A stretch of DNA of 64,000 nucleotides from Rhynchobatus australiae (taxonomy: Eukaryota): the NCBI GenBank assembly GCA_034780895.1, contig JAUZTB010000064.1, positions 118,757,014 to 118,821,013 of the forward strand, written 5' to 3'. Below are positions 25,908 through 40,066 of this stretch, in pieces (position 1 is the first letter of the stretch; each line of letters opens with the position of its first letter). A program made the position numbers and the translations under genes. The notes beneath the pieces are model-generated. The model did no database searches, was not told where the DNA came from, and saw only the letters and a list, made by a program, of their open reading frames with translations.

Positions 25908-27446
25908 CTTCAAGAAACGGTAAAGAGAAAACTCGAAGGTGCCCGTTCGCCACTTAATGGAGACCTGCAAAATGGAGTTTCTGACAGCAGTTTCTCCCCA
26001 AACAGCAAGCGAGTCCGAAAAGAGGGATCTGGGGTAGACCAGAGCAACAGCCTCTCCAACAACGTCCCTATACCTTCAGTTTCTCCCCTGCACCAAATTG
26101 ACCTGAAGCAATCACTTCCAATATCTACCAGTGGAAATAATTCAACAGGGTTTGACGATGGTAATAAAGAGGGCAGGCATCCGAGGTTGAGCTTACAGGC
26201 CAATGGCACCAGAGAGGATGACGACTTTAACTTAATATTAGCCAAGGATCTTAAGCAAGAGCCAATTGATGATCCAGGTTGTATAGACTCTTCGGATGCT
26301 TCCCTTCTCCATCAAAATAAACTGTTCTCAGATATCAATCTCAATGAGCAAGAGTGGCAGGAGTTAATCGATGAACTAACAAGCACAGTTCCAGAAGATG
26401 ACATGCATGACCTTTTTAATGAAGACTTTGACGAAAAGAAGGACATGGAGGTTATCAGGCCCACATCTCAGACCCCAGTCCCACCAGATAGCACAAACAT
26501 AAAGAGTGAGATGTGCCAGTCTCCTTNNNNNNNNNNNNNNNNNNNNNNNNNNNNNNNNNNNNNNNNNNNNNNNNNNNNNNNNNNNNNNNNNNNNNNNNNN
26601 NNNNNNNNNNNNNNNNNNNNNNNNNNNNNNNNNNNNNNNNNNNNNNNNNNNNNNNNNNNNNNNNNNNNNNNNNNNNNNNNNNNNNNNNNNNNNNNNNNNN
26701 NNNNNNNNNNNNNNNNNNNNNNNNNNNNNNNNNNNNNNNNNNNNNNGTCTTCTGGTTCAGGGTCAGGACAGGGACCGGGTCCTGGGCCCGGACCTGGACC
26801 CGGGCCAGGGCCGGGGCCAGGATCTGGTCCAGCAGCTCTACCATCGACCAGTTCTGACCTTTCCCGAGCCGAACAGTTGAAGCAAATGGCTGCCCAGCAA
26901 CAGCAACGAGCGATGCTGCTGCAGCAAAAGCAGCAGCACACGCAGCCGCACCAGCAGAATCAGGCACCCGGTTGGTCCCCTGCAGCTCCGTCACACAGTC
27001 CCTTTGGAGGCACCTTTATTCCAGACAAACCAAATAGCCCAATGATGTACCCACAGGCCTTTAATAATCAAAAGCCTATGGTGCCTGCTATGACAAGCAA
27101 CCCTCAGAAGGCCATGAATAACTACCTCTCACAAAACCACATGAACATAATGAATCAACAGCCAAATACTATGGGACAAACCTCTGGGAACAAACAGCCT
27201 ATGCTTTCATACGCTAACACTAAGCCACTGTCTCATTATAATATTGAGCCCGTGGGCCAGAGAATGACCCCGCCAATGGCTAATCAGAACAAAGCTCCCA
27301 TGATGCCCTACCTGCAGCAACAGCAGCCGCAAGTTCAACCTCAGGCTTCTCATATTAGTGAGGAAGAGAAGCGCATGCTGTTAATGAAGCAGAAAGGACT
27401 CCTTCCCCAGACATTACCTTATGGAGCACTGCCAAGCCATGGTCCG
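25908..27446 (+). CDS. MAML3: Mastermind-like 3 (Notch/CSL co-activator), large internal coding exon (exon 2 equivalent); contains a 220-N gap at 26527-26746
   Basis: Acceptor ...tctctttatatttcttttaaAG|CTT and donor CCG|GTAAGT, phase 0 at both ends. Translation starts LQETVKRKLEGARSPLNGD, includes KDLKQEPIDDPGCID, NKLFSDINLNEQEWQELIDEL, AEQLKQMAAQQQQRA, KPNSPMMYPQAFNNQ and YANTKPLSHY, and ends YGALPSHGP. These match the MAML3 exon 2 peptide as I recall it, better than MAML1. The frame equals the listed ORF 26187-27545, whose start and last ~32 aa are artefacts of ignoring splicing. Confidence 0.95.
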
Positions 27447-30400
27447 GTAAGTGAGAGGAGAAAATTGAATTTAGTGTTGGCAAGGTGGAGGCCTTCTCTG
27501 GCTGATGAATTTCTTTATTTCACTTCTAATTTCTGTGGTGTGTGAATAATTTTGAACTTTTGGCTTTCTCCCTTATTTTAATTAGCTTGACATTAAATGA
27601 TATGCATATATTTTTTAGGATTCATTGATTGGATCATCAGGGGGTCTGATGAAAACTGACTCTCTGAGCTGCAATAAGTAATTCCTTGCTTCAGGCTTTG
27701 CTTTGGTGGGCATTTTGTGTACTTTATGTTAAATAAGTAAATATGCTGAGAACGATTTGCCTTTACAAACTCTCAGAGATTAAGAAGCGTAACCAGGGAA
27801 CAGCATATGATTAAAGGTTTGTAGCAAAACATAGGCTTCACAGTTTGATGTCTGAACTGCTCACTTGTGCTGTGTCTTGTTATTTCTCTCCAGCAGTAGC
27901 TGACTATTTGATCTGCTTGTACTGTAGCAATAATCCTATGTTGTTGGTTCTGTAAACATAACTTCCTTTGTTCAAGTTAAAAACCTTTTTGGTTCCCTGA
28001 TAGCCCCTGTCACAGTTAAAGGCTCTTGTTGTAAAGGGTTAACACAAATAATGTAATGGTTGTTTCTAGTTCTTGTAATTAGTGATATCACAATATCCCT
28101 GCTTTTATGACCTGAGCAATATCAGGTGTCCTCACAAACTTTTAACATTTTTGGGTAGCTCTGTAATGTAGTGGCAGAAAGTAAAAGCTTACCATATTAT
28201 GATTTCAACTTCACTGTCTGTAATAATGGGACATTAACTGCAAGTTCATCTTTGATTGATGACAATAAACCCACAGTAGACTAGCTACTGTGTTTTACTT
28301 TGCTTCTGAAGGTCCCGCTTCTAAAGTCAACAATACCAAATTTCAGAAGTCGAGAACAAAGCATGGCCTCAGCTACATAGTACATCATTGCTACCGATGT
28401 TTGTCAGTGCATGCATTTCCCCCTTACTTGCAGAATCGAACTTTGGCTGGCTGGAGCTCCAGGCAATGCACACAAAAAGGGGATATTTTGTCCATTGTGT
28501 TTGGGTGCCAGACCTTTGCCCGAAAATTTCAAAACCAATCCCAGTGCCTTGCCATCTCCCCACAGATCCATATCCTCTTCCTCTAATGTTTATCTTCTAC
28601 AGACCTCTGCACTTCGGTCACTCCCTAATGTTGATGACAGCAAATAAACTGTCTAAGATGCCAGCTAGACAGTTGACAGAGGTAGGTACGCAGAGTTAAA
28701 TCATGTGTGATACATTGTGGGATTGTTGGTTGAACACACTGTTCACATTCCCTCAAAATTATATAAAAACCCCAGAACAAGAAAGCTAAGAGAAATGCCA
28801 CTAGCATGACAGTTCATGTTCCCCACAACTAGCTGTAAGTGGGCCTACAATTAAAAGCCCTTGGGTTAAATTGCTTTTCAGGTTTAAACTTCAGCAAATG
28901 TGGTTGAGAAATCCAATGGGGACTCATTCATCTTTTTTTTAATCCCTTGTTGACCTTCTTCTGTCCTACTGTCAGAAATGCCTGTCCCAAATAAGGAGAA
29001 ATAATAGAGTGACAGTTTTCATCATTGACAACTTAGTAACATAGAATGCAAAAATGTAGGAGGCATCCAGCATTGTGAGGACCTGCTCAGGCATTTAAAA
29101 ACTAAATAGATCCCATGGAAGAGTAGAGTCGATTGGAATGGTGGAGGAGAGGCTGAGTTGCTAAGCCTTGGTGATTCAGTCCGTTATAATATTGCCTCTT
29201 AATACGAGACAGTGCAGAGACCAACCACGTTTTATTAGCTTGAAGGGACAACAGTTCCACCAGATATATGAACTAAAGTTGTCAGCAGCATTGATTTTCC
29301 ACCTTTCTCCTCCCGGTTCTCCAGTGATGGTGCTCAGGAACCTAACGGGAATTACATCCAGTTTCACTATATATGGTTGGCCTATGGTTACTACAGGTAG
29401 ATAACACCTAATGGTACCTTATATGGAGTTGTGCCCACTGAGGCAGTTTGTGGTTCCACCCTATGTTGCAGGATACATTACAAATGTATGTTTTGTTCCT
29501 TCCTAGTGAATAGTAGATATATTTACAGCATCAACAAATATGCTAACTATATATGTATCAAGGAATTCTCATGGTTTTATCCAGTACAGTTTTGTATCAT
29601 TTTTTTATTAGATCAATAGCAACACTATGCTTCAGAGCTATTGACTTTCCCTAAGACCAGAGATTCATCAAGTCCAATCATTTTGACTTTGGATTTCTCT
29701 GTGCCGTAGTAAAAGAACAATTAAAATTGCGTCAGGACTATGACTAAAAGCCACCAATTCAGAATCATGTTGGTTGACATCCATTTACATCAGAGACCTC
29801 ACGATGCTTTAATTTTGAGGAACGTATCTAGTTCATTCATATTTGAAGAAGAATGAAGAATGGCTCCAAGGAGAACTAATCCAGAATTAGTTCACACACA
29901 TTCAGCACAGGTTCAAAGAAGCCCAAAGTACAACCAGAATTATTATTGTACATGCTACTGATATTTTGAAGCAAACCTTAACATGTGCAGGTCGATACTA
30001 GTCAGCTTTGTACAACAGCCCAGAATAATTGCACCCTGTTGCATGATCCATAATGCTTCTCTAAGAGGAAGCATCAGCTTGCACCTGGATGGTCAGGACA
30101 GTCAAGCCATAGAAGAGTAAAGGCCTGAAAATACCAACAAATAGCAGCAGTGGTACCAGCAATGCAGGATGGAAGATTGGTGCATGAGGCATGATTTCTA
30201 GATGTCTTCAAAGTTGTGCCACCAAAATGCCATTTCTGACTTAATGTAATAACCTATATCTACCAGGTATCTGCTCCCAAACCACCTTGCTTATGAATTG
30301 GATCATGTGGCATCTTTTTTCAAGCTACATGGTCCAATTTCAATGGAAAGTAAAATTGAAAATTGAGGATTTGCTGTTAGGAAGCTGGTCCACAGTTGTC

Positions 30401-30759
30401 ATTCTGGGTCCTAGATACATGTGAAGGCCTAATGGGTGAAGGATGCTGGATATGAACAGTGGCTTCCAACATGGCGCAATGTATGCGTGGATGGCACTTC
30501 CAGCATTTTCAGTGGCTTGTGCAGATGCTGTATTTCATGATTATTTGTTTTTATTGCTCTCTTTGCCTTCCCTTTCCTTGCAAAAAAACAACCCCTGCCC
30601 AACACCTTTCCATTACCAATCACACCTTCACCCAAAGTACTGACCTGATCCTCCCAATACCCGATCACAGTCACCCAGTCTACCTATGCTTGTCCTCATC
30701 AACTGTCGCCCTGCCCTCTCAACCATTCCCTTGCAAACAATCTCATCTCAATCTCAGTG

Positions 30760-31172
30760 GTTTCTTGGCTCTGAGTCAGAGGCTTCATGCTCAACTCCAA
30801 ATACTTGAATGTAAATCCAGCCGGCACTTGGGTGCAGCAGTACTAGAGAGGGCAACATTGACAGAGATGTTGTCTCTTAGAGGAGACATTAAACCAAGAA
30901 CCTATACAGTCTCTCAGGTAAATGTAAAAGATCCCATGCCATTATTTTGAAGAAGAGCAAGGGAGTTACTTAGCCCTGGTATTCCAGCCAATGTATATTT
31001 GCCCTCAAATAATCTCACTAATAGAGGTGTTTGTGGAAGTTTGCTGTGTATAAATTAGCTGTTGAATTTCCTACATTATCTCGATAACTACACCAATTCA
31101 CTGACTGTAAAGTGCACCAGGAAGTCCTGAATGGGATGCAATATATGCAGTATAAATGTCAGGTTTTATTTC
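30760..31172 (+). mobile_element. Deu-domain SINE (SacSINE1/AmnSINE-like), near full length
   Basis: Core ctctcaggtaaatgtaaaagatcccatgccattattttgaagaagagcaagggagtt...gtttgtggaagtttgctgtg...ctgactgtaaagtgc...tataaatgtcagg. Confidence 0.8.
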
Positions 31173-31239
31173 TAATGGCTAATATGTACTTTGTCTCTCT
31201 TATTATCCTTGATTCCTTCAGCAAATAAAAAGCTGCCTA

Positions 31240-32330
31240 TCATAGTCTTGGAATTCCCAATCAACACAATGATCAATGTTTTTTGGGGAGCACGTTCCAT
31301 ATTCCCTCTCCCCAGTATATGAAAAAGTGCTTCCTAATTCCACTCCTTTTAAGATATCTTTTTAGCCCTAACTTCCCACCAGAGAAAAGTTTCTCGACAT
31401 CCTGTTGAATTCTTTTTTTATTTCCTACCTTAACTAAAATCACTTTCAGCCAAATGTAAACAAAATGGACCACAAGGCAAATTTTTCCAAACTGTCTCTG
31501 AAAGTTAACTCTTCATGTCCTGATGTAATTTGTTAAGTCTATCTTAGCTGCAGTGCATCCGAAACTGAACACTGTACATGAGTTGAGATCTGATCAAGAT
31601 TCTCAAACATTACATTCTCACTTTTAACAATAAATCTTCTTTGACGTAAAGGCCAACATTCCATTAGACCTATTGGTTGGTAGTTATGCCCATGGACTAG
31701 ATTTTAGTGAACTGTATACCTGGGCACCCAAAACTTTTCACTTCTTCACATTTTTTTCCCATTTTGAAAATATCTGTCTGAGAGCTTCTTCAAATCCGAA
31801 TCAATATCCTCACACTTAACTTCTTCTAGCACGGTTTTGCCCACTACGTTGCTATTTAACTTTCTCCTTTACCTATGTATAACAGAATTATTATGATTCA
31901 CACATCTTCACCACAAGTATAGATCTGGATATATAACTCTAATCATTCATTTTACACATTTTCATATATGGTTCAAAGTTCAATTTTCAGTACAGATCTC
32001 TGGGAAGCACCACTTATCCATATCCCATTAATTAGAGGACATTCTCTCTATCTTTACTTCCTTGTCCCCTGCTTAGCAACTGTTGATAACAAGGTTACTT
32101 CCAATTCCACTTTTGCTCATGTAAAGCCTTATGGAAGTCCATTCAATGGCATCTATGAACACCACACTAATCTCTTCAATACCCATTAATAATACCTCCT
32201 CAAAGAATTCAACTCATTAGTCAGATATGGCCTGCCCTTCATAAACACACATTAGTTCTCTGCTGATACAGTAGCTGATTAGCTGATACTCAATCAGGTT
32301 CACAGTCACTTTGCTTCTGATTATAGCTTC
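31240..32330 (-). mobile_element. Old, heavily decayed CR1-clade LINE
   Basis: Minus strand has IRKHFFIYWGEGIWNVLP, a GVPQGSV-like motif near 32000, and an FMKGRxxLTN motif near 32195-32250. Confidence 0.65.
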
Positions 32331-35300
32331 CATTAATAAGCCCATAACTGAGGTTAAAGAAACAGCTCTGTCTCTCATTGGACAATAATCCAATCACAAG
32401 ATTCACAATCCTGACATAATTTTTTCAGTGCTTCTCAATCCTTCAGGGCAGCTGCCATAGTGGCTTCATAGTGCCTCATTAAATTTGTTTAGCAAGATCA
32501 TGGTGGCTCTCCCCCATTCTCTCCTGTATTCTCTTAAAGAAATAAGGTACCCGTTCTTCCCATGTTATCAGAGGGGCTGTAAAAATTTTTTGGAATGTTG
32601 TGAGGTTATAAATACAAATTTGTTTTATTTTTCCCTTAATAGAAATTCTTAAAGACCCTTAATTTTAAATTAAGCCCCTTTAAGCCCCTAAAATCCTTAA
32701 AGTTCAATTTCTTAAAGCCCCCCCTCCCATATATTTTACTATTTTATCTGGCATGAATTGTTTGTTTTATTTTTACCTTTCTTTGGTTCTTAACCCCATT
32801 TTTCTGTTACTACATCTGCTTACTGTTCCCCCTTCAGACCCCAACACCCAACATAACCTTCAGCAAAATCCTTGTCTGTGTGCACACGGTTTCCCTTTCT
32901 CTCCAACTTTTCTCTTAACTTCATGGCTATGAGAAAATCCCTTTTTTCTGACTCCTATGGAATCGTCTAATTTGCCATGAATGGTTTTTGCCCTGTTCTT
33001 CCTTTAGGTCCACATAGGTATGAGACAATGGCAGGTCATGAGTTAATCAAAGAGATGGTGTTGGATCAGGACAAAAATATAAACTCCACCCTTCATTGTG
33101 TTCTACCTGGTTAGGTCATGCATCAGACACTTTCGAAAGGCACTGAGCTAAATTTAAGGGTACTGCATCACAAAGATTCGCAGATATGTTACTGCATTTG
33201 GAATGCAACTGAGGGGATATAAATATGCCTGAAATCCTGAAGTTTCACTCAATTATTACATTGCATTGTATTATCTAATTGAAGTCATATATTATCTTCA
33301 CAAGGTAATATATTGTGATGCATTCCCTTTTTACTGTTGTGTTCAGCCTGTGGAATCCACAGTTCCTGATTTGGATTTGATTTGCTTTGGCTACCTAATG
33401 TGAAGCTGACAGCCGTTTATTGGTGTCACATGACCAGCATGAATCAGAGTTTTACAAGCATTCTGAGGTTAAACCTACCTTGGCTCAAGGTTCAGGTTTG
33501 CATTGAAAAATAGCCCCCTCTCTCTCTCCTACTCTATGATGCTTCATATATTGTAACTGTTATAATTTTCACATCAGCTTGGTCAGACACTCGTGATATA
33601 AACATGTTACTCATCCCCACTCGTTGCTTATGCAAGCTGTGCTGAAGCTGATCACACATGTCGAGACTTGTGGAGCTGATATGTTGGCTCTTTGCGTCGT
33701 GATTTTGGTTGAGACTCTCTGAGGGAGCATTTTAAGGCAGTGCACTTCTGTACTGCTAAATCTTTTGGCTGCATTATGGGCCCAGCAACATGCAGAGCAT
33801 CAGAAGCCCTCACGCTAGATTTCACATTGACATGTAAATAAGGGCGGATGATGCACTAGGCGGCTTGCTGCAGAGCCTAACGAGGACTAATAATAATGTC
33901 AGGAAGGGGAATCAATCAAACTGACATGGAATGCAATGGATAGCAACTGGATATTGAAGCAAGGTGATGCACAGGCTTAATATTCCAGGGTAGAGCTTTA
34001 CAATTCACACCATTTACTTCATCTCTTTCACTGTCGATATCCTGACCATTATTTTTTTTCTTCTATTTGGCCCCCTGAAAAAAGAATGACATTTTTAAAG
34101 GCTTATAGATTTTATGGCTCTGGATAGTTTAATTCCTGCATTTTATGACTGTCTCTCCTGGAAGGTTGGAAAAAAGCAATTTCACTTTCCTTTATGATGA
34201 ATTTCTGGCAACTTTTTCCTAATGGCACATTTCATTGTCATTTCTTTAGTAGGGGTTGGGGTGGAAGGGGAAAGAAAGAAGCAGGTGATTATTGCCACTG
34301 ATCATACCAAAGGTCTTGCAAATAAACAGGTCCCCTTCCTTTTCATTGCCAATCAGAAAATAAAGTCGGCTGTTTCACAGACATATTAATAGGTACCTAA
34401 TGTAATAGGTGGCACCTCACAAATGTGATAGAAGCTACAACTTAGAACATTGACTGCAGAAGTTACCTATCAGCTCAGTAATATTAATTCCATTACATTT
34501 GCCCATGCATCATTACAATATATTTTCCAGGAACCAGAAACTTAAGGGCTGGTTCCACAGGTTTTAGGGTGGGGAAAGTGTCACTCAAGGTTGTCATGTG
34601 TGGATGTCAGGTAAGATAAGGATCATGCAAGGTTATGGTGACGTTAACGGTGGAAAAGGGCTCAATTACTTCTGTTGAGGCTAGCTCATGTAAAATGATG
34701 ACTTCAGCGGAGCAGGTGAGGCAACATGCCCCAGAAAGGATTGCGTGCCTTCAGCAGAAACGAGAAAGCAAAGTGAGAAAATCATCGAGAGACCAGGAGG
34801 AAACAGAACAAAAATAAACTAGCTTGCGGGCTAGGAGTGGGGATACAAATGTGCACTGATATATTTAATGGATATATCCAGTTATTACATAAGGTTATAG
34901 ATGGCCTCATATGTTAAATCTGTACTCTCCATCACTCTTTCCCTTCTGCAAAGAATCCTAGGTTAAAAATCCTAGCTTTTGTTTCTCAAATGTTGACACC
35001 TATGGATGTGGGTAAGACAGATGGAGTGCATGTTTTCATGCACTTATTAGTAAGATAAGGTAAAACAAGCTCATTAAAAACTGCACGCACATCTGTTAGT
35101 GATGTTTACTTTCAGCTGTACTAAATCTGAAGAAAAAAAGGTGTGAAGAGATTCCACAAGTGATTTTTAAAATCTGAAAATTGAGAACACCAATTGAACC
35201 ATTGGGAAGGTGAGACTTGCCATGGTTGTCTTTAATTGTCCTGGGTGAATATGGTTTGATTTCTGCCCGGGATCAATTCTGGCATAGAGTTGGATTTTTT

Positions 35301-35493
35301 TTGGCATTGTAGAATATCTTGTTTTGTGTATAGATGGAAGGTGTATAAATGTATAAATAACTGGTCTGGAATAACTCTTAAGCCTATCTGAGATCTGGAC
35401 TTCTTAAAATCCTAAGAGGAGAGGTAGATAATCAAAACTACTACTGACCCCTTGAACACCTGTATACCTGATCCTCGGGTCTGCTGTGCTATT

Positions 35494-35785
35494 GGCAGGC
35501 AACGTAGTGTAGCGGTTAGCATAACGCTTTACAGCACCAGTGACCCGGGTTCTATTCCAGCTGCTGTCTGTAAGGAGCTTGTACGTTCTCCCCACATTTG
35601 CGTGAGTTTCCTCCGGGTGCTCCGGTTTCCTCCCACATTCCAAAGACGTACAGGTTAGGAAGTTGTGTGCATGCTATGTTGGCACTGGAAGCATGGCGAC
35701 ACTTGCGGGCTGTCTCCAGAACACTACACAAAAAGATGTATTTCACTGTATATTTCGATATACATGTGACTAATAAAGATATCTA
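35494..35785 (+). mobile_element. tRNA-derived V-SINE, subfamily with non-CR1 tail
   Basis: A-box tagtgtagcgg, B-box gggttctattcc, V-domain gtttcctccgggtgctccggtttcctcccacattccaaagacgt, tail ...tacatgtgactaataaagata; closely similar to 54698-54995. Confidence 0.9.
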
Positions 35786-38700
35786 TACTGACCTCCCTTC
35801 TTCCTTTTGCTTAATTTAGATAGAAATACCAGAATATAGGCACATGGAGCTGTTGATGGTGCTGCTGTAGTGACTGAATGTTCTGCCTAATAATGATTCG
35901 GGCTATGTGATGTCATTCCAGTATTCGCAATGCTCTGATGTCCTATCAGTGCCAGCTTAATGATGCCGGATTTCATTGTGACAAAATAGTTTTTGTTTTT
36001 CTCTGATTTGTTCTTGCCTTTATTTCTTTCATTTCATTTTTTTGGTGAATTTTCTCCTCTTTCCATCCATAGATAGCAGGAACCAATGGAACACATGGCC
36101 TCAATTTCTTGCCTCTGGTGATTCTGGGAGGGTGAGAGAAAATGAGGGAAGCTGATTAAGGAGGCACAGATTGACCCTTCACTGCCCACCTCCAATAGCA
36201 GGAGATCAAGTGAAAAAGAATAACAGACAGTGATGTAGAGTGTAACTGGTACAGAACCAGAGAGATCAAGGAATAAATGAGGAGAAAATGAAGGAGGCAC
36301 TTAAGTACATGGGGCAACAAAGGGTTAAGGCCTTTACCCAGACTACTCCACCGGAGAATTACCTTCTTCTAATCTGATTACCACTGTTACCCTTTATATT
36401 CTTATTCCTGAGTTTTGTTGACTTGCATGGATCTGCAGAAGTTTCTTCATTCTTTCTGTTTTTGCTGAACACTTATTTTTATTCCAGGATACTCAGAACG
36501 TCAGTAGAGTGCTCTCTGACCTTATCATTTTTATACCTGTTTTGTAATGGCATTGTATTCTTTCCTGATTTCTTTGGGATTTCTGCATGCTTTTGTTCTC
36601 TGTGCTTGCTCTACCTCCAATTTTCTTTCTTTGCCACTTTTTTTGTAACCAAGAGATGCCAGCTGCCCCCTGGGGTTTGGTTTCAGAGGGTCTTGTTGAG
36701 CGTTCATTAATGTCTAGGAGGGGGCGTCCTTCATGGGTGATCTTGGCCAGTGAGTGTCAGTTGGCTGATCAACTATGATGGCAGCTGGAGAGAGCATGTT
36801 ACACAGAAGCTCAATCATGCTGTCAATCAGTATCCACGTGTGTGGGCCTTACATCATTGTGCAGTGTTCAGGAGCCCTGGCTAATTTTTCCATCCATCGC
36901 CAACACACACAGAGGCCAGTTATGGCATTTCTCACCATCACTCTCGTTGAGGTCTGCTAACCCAGCACAGATCAGGGATCAAGCCAGCAACCTTTTGTTG
37001 TTACAGCTTAGCTCAGAATCCCCCTGAGCAGCTCCTCTTTAAAATTCCTCTTTCCTTTACAACGTTGTAGCATCCCAGTCACGATTTTACCACTAAGTAC
37101 ACCTGGCACATACACTTTGCACACACATATCCACACATCCGATGATGTTGGGAAATCTTAACTCAAACCCTGACCATAGGTACTGTTCACAATTTACAGC
37201 ATTTTCCGAGTGAATGAATTGAGTGCGCTCAGAATTGAATCAGTTCATCTTGTGTCCCATAGGATATTCTGCTGCTGCAGTCAAAATTGCCAGCCACAAG
37301 GCAAGAAAGCTCAAAATGTGTATAATGACAAAAAAATAATGCCGTCAATCAAATGCTATAATCTCATTGGCATAATATTACTACCTGGCTGGGTTTGCTT
37401 CAAATTGAAGCTGTTTGTTGGTTGAAATGTTTAATCAGCATTGCAGCAGCCATTCTTTTAAGGAGTAGGATGCTATGCAAGCATATGTCCCTCAGTAAAC
37501 CCATTAAAAATATCATAACCACATATTGTTCTCTACAAAAGAAGAGATAAGAATTTCATCTTAAAACAGATAACAAGGAGCTGTGATGTTTGCATAAGTG
37601 GTAGCTTGCAGAGGGAACAGTGAGGTAACATTAATGCTCTTGTGTATAGGTGAAGAAAAGCTGCACTAAATACAAATGCATGTCAGAGAGATTTACTGCT
37701 GCACCACAGTCATTGTAAAACTAGGATCTAGAATCAAACGTAGACATACCTGCCAAAAAGGCTGAAATTCATACTTCATAGGGATATGGTTAAGAAGGTG
37801 CATTGGGTGGGGTAGGAAGAAGGATGGGGTGGGAAAAAAGATAAATTCAAACATATTGTTTTAAAATCTGTCAATCTTTTAGTCATGAGTGCAGAACCTG
37901 CGCATTCCTTTAAAACTATATTTTTCACAGCAATCCTACACAAGCCAGAGGATAAATAAGCCATACTGGGTATTCATTTGTAATTGTGTGGGGGGGGGGG
38001 GGAAGNNNNNNNNNNNNNNNNNNNNNNNNNNNNNNNNNNNNNNNNNNNNNNNNNNNNNNNNNNNNNNNNNNNNNNNNNNNNNNNNNNNNNNNNNNNNNNN
38101 NNNNNATTCATTTGTAATTGTTTGGGGGGGGGGGAAGGAATAACTCTAGCAAAAACCAATCCCGCAGTGACTATTTAAAATGGGACTGGTGCACAGGCCT
38201 TGACAATTGAATTCCCAAATTATGTCATGAGCTGCTAGACTTTGGTCTACCAACCTGTACAAGCTTGGTTGGGCAAAGAATTTACAGTCGTGTCATTCCT
38301 CCGTGCTGTTTCCAGATTTTCAGACAGTATGGTACATCTCGACAGTAGTCAGTTAAGCTCAGTGTGCATTGAGATGGGAAGTTAATGTGGATTGATTTGA
38401 CCCAAGTGATCCTCAGAATGCTCAGTATTCCTGTATTAGCACCCTAGTGAGCCAGCCTTTACACACACGTGCCCTGCAGCACTCAATCGTGCAGGTACAT
38501 TGAGGGCGACATATACAGAGCAGCTATAGCGTTTGGCTCACTCACTTACACTGGGAGGTAAACCAAAGGAAATGCTGATTAAATCTAAGGCAGGCAACTT
38601 TAAAATCGCGTGCAGTTACTGCGCTGCTTTTCCTTGTGGTATAGCATGATCTAAGATTGTGTCAGTTCTGATCAGATCCTACCCATGTAAGCAGAGTTTA

Positions 38701-39859
38701 ACAACAGTTAGCAGATCCCCTGTCTCTTCTGGCTGGGTATAGGGAATATGAGAGACAATTAATAACAAAGCTCAATTTATATTAGAGGACTGACTGGTGC
38801 ATTCCTTCTGACTTTTGTGGAGGAGTTGCATATATACTGATATATGCAGCCTCAAAAATATTGCTAACAGTATTTGAATTGTTATAGCACCAATTATGTC
38901 AAAATATCTCAAAATGATGAGCTGGTTATGTAGATAATCAGTGAGATCACCCATTGAACCTTTTCTCCTTTAAGTTTTTTTTCATACTCTTCAGTTTTCA
39001 TTATCTCTTTTTCCCATTCCTGCCTGCAGAGTATCTAACTGCTAAATAGACCCTTTTTTTTCAGGCCAGAATTTTTCACTCTTCCTGAATCTTGCTTCCA
39101 ATAAGCACAGATTGCCGCTTCATGAACATATTAAACCTTGAGGGAGACTTTAGTTTTTGGGAGAGTGATGGCGAGTGGGGGAGAGGGGCACCAGTGGGTG
39201 GGCTGGGTTGGAAGCCCAGTCATGTTTTGTGATTAAGCCTGATTAACGTTGAATGAGCGGAGCTGTTGGTGCAAAACTGGTCCTTACACATGACCCACTG
39301 AACTGGGACCAGAAATCTGAGGTAGAGGGCATCTCAGTCAGCCTGCAATGGCCATGTAAACAGATATATTAGGAGTGAAAGGGAGCAGTGACTTGTACTG
39401 GCAGGGAAGACCTTTGCAGCAGCTGTGACTGGCTCCCAACCTGCGTAATCATTAGTTAACAGCTGCTATGGAGGAACTGAGAAGAGCAATAAAAATCAAT
39501 ACAAAAATAACATTGGAGCCCCAAATGTTCCACTTAACTGTGATTTGCATATTTACTGAGAGGACCCCAACAATTTTGAAGGGTGCTGTCATTACTGAAG
39601 TTGAGCTTTGCATGTGAAACAATGGGTAAGCTTCTATCCTCCATTCAGTTTTGGTGTGTGTTAAGAGGGAACAATGAGTGAACAATAAGTCCTTCATTGG
39701 CAATCCAAAGTACTTTACTGTACATTAGCAGATTGGAAACTAATTTCATTGGTGTAAGTGCTGGTTCTCTTGTAAACCTCAGGCTGCATTATCTTTGGAA
39801 TTCAACAGGACTTTGGAACTGAAGACCCACTCAGACCTTATAACCTAGACTACAGCAAT

Positions 39860-40066
39860 GTCAATCCCATTCGAAGAAGTGCAAGTTTCTTTTACCTCTG
39901 GCCAACATTTATTTCTCAATCCACATCACTAACTGGGTGACGTCAGTTTGTGCAGGATTCTGCTCTGCGCAAACTGGCTTCCCCACACTTCAGAAATACT
40001 TTATTGACTGTAAGCACTTGGAGAACTGAGGTTATGAAAGCTGCTATGTAAATATAAGATTACTTT
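39860..40066 (+). mobile_element. Deu-domain SINE 3' half
   Basis: ttcgaagaag...tggccaacatttatttctcaatccacatcact...gcgcaaactggct...acttcagaaatactttattgactgtaagcact. Confidence 0.7.

Noticed and set aside
27447-27545. C-terminal extension of the 452-aa ORF (VSERRKLNLV...)
   Set aside because: Read-through past a consensus GTAAGT donor at the point where MAML3 similarity ends; intronic.
35500-35570. tRNA gene
   Set aside because: The A/B boxes belong to a SINE head that continues into the V-domain; no intact cloverleaf or terminator.
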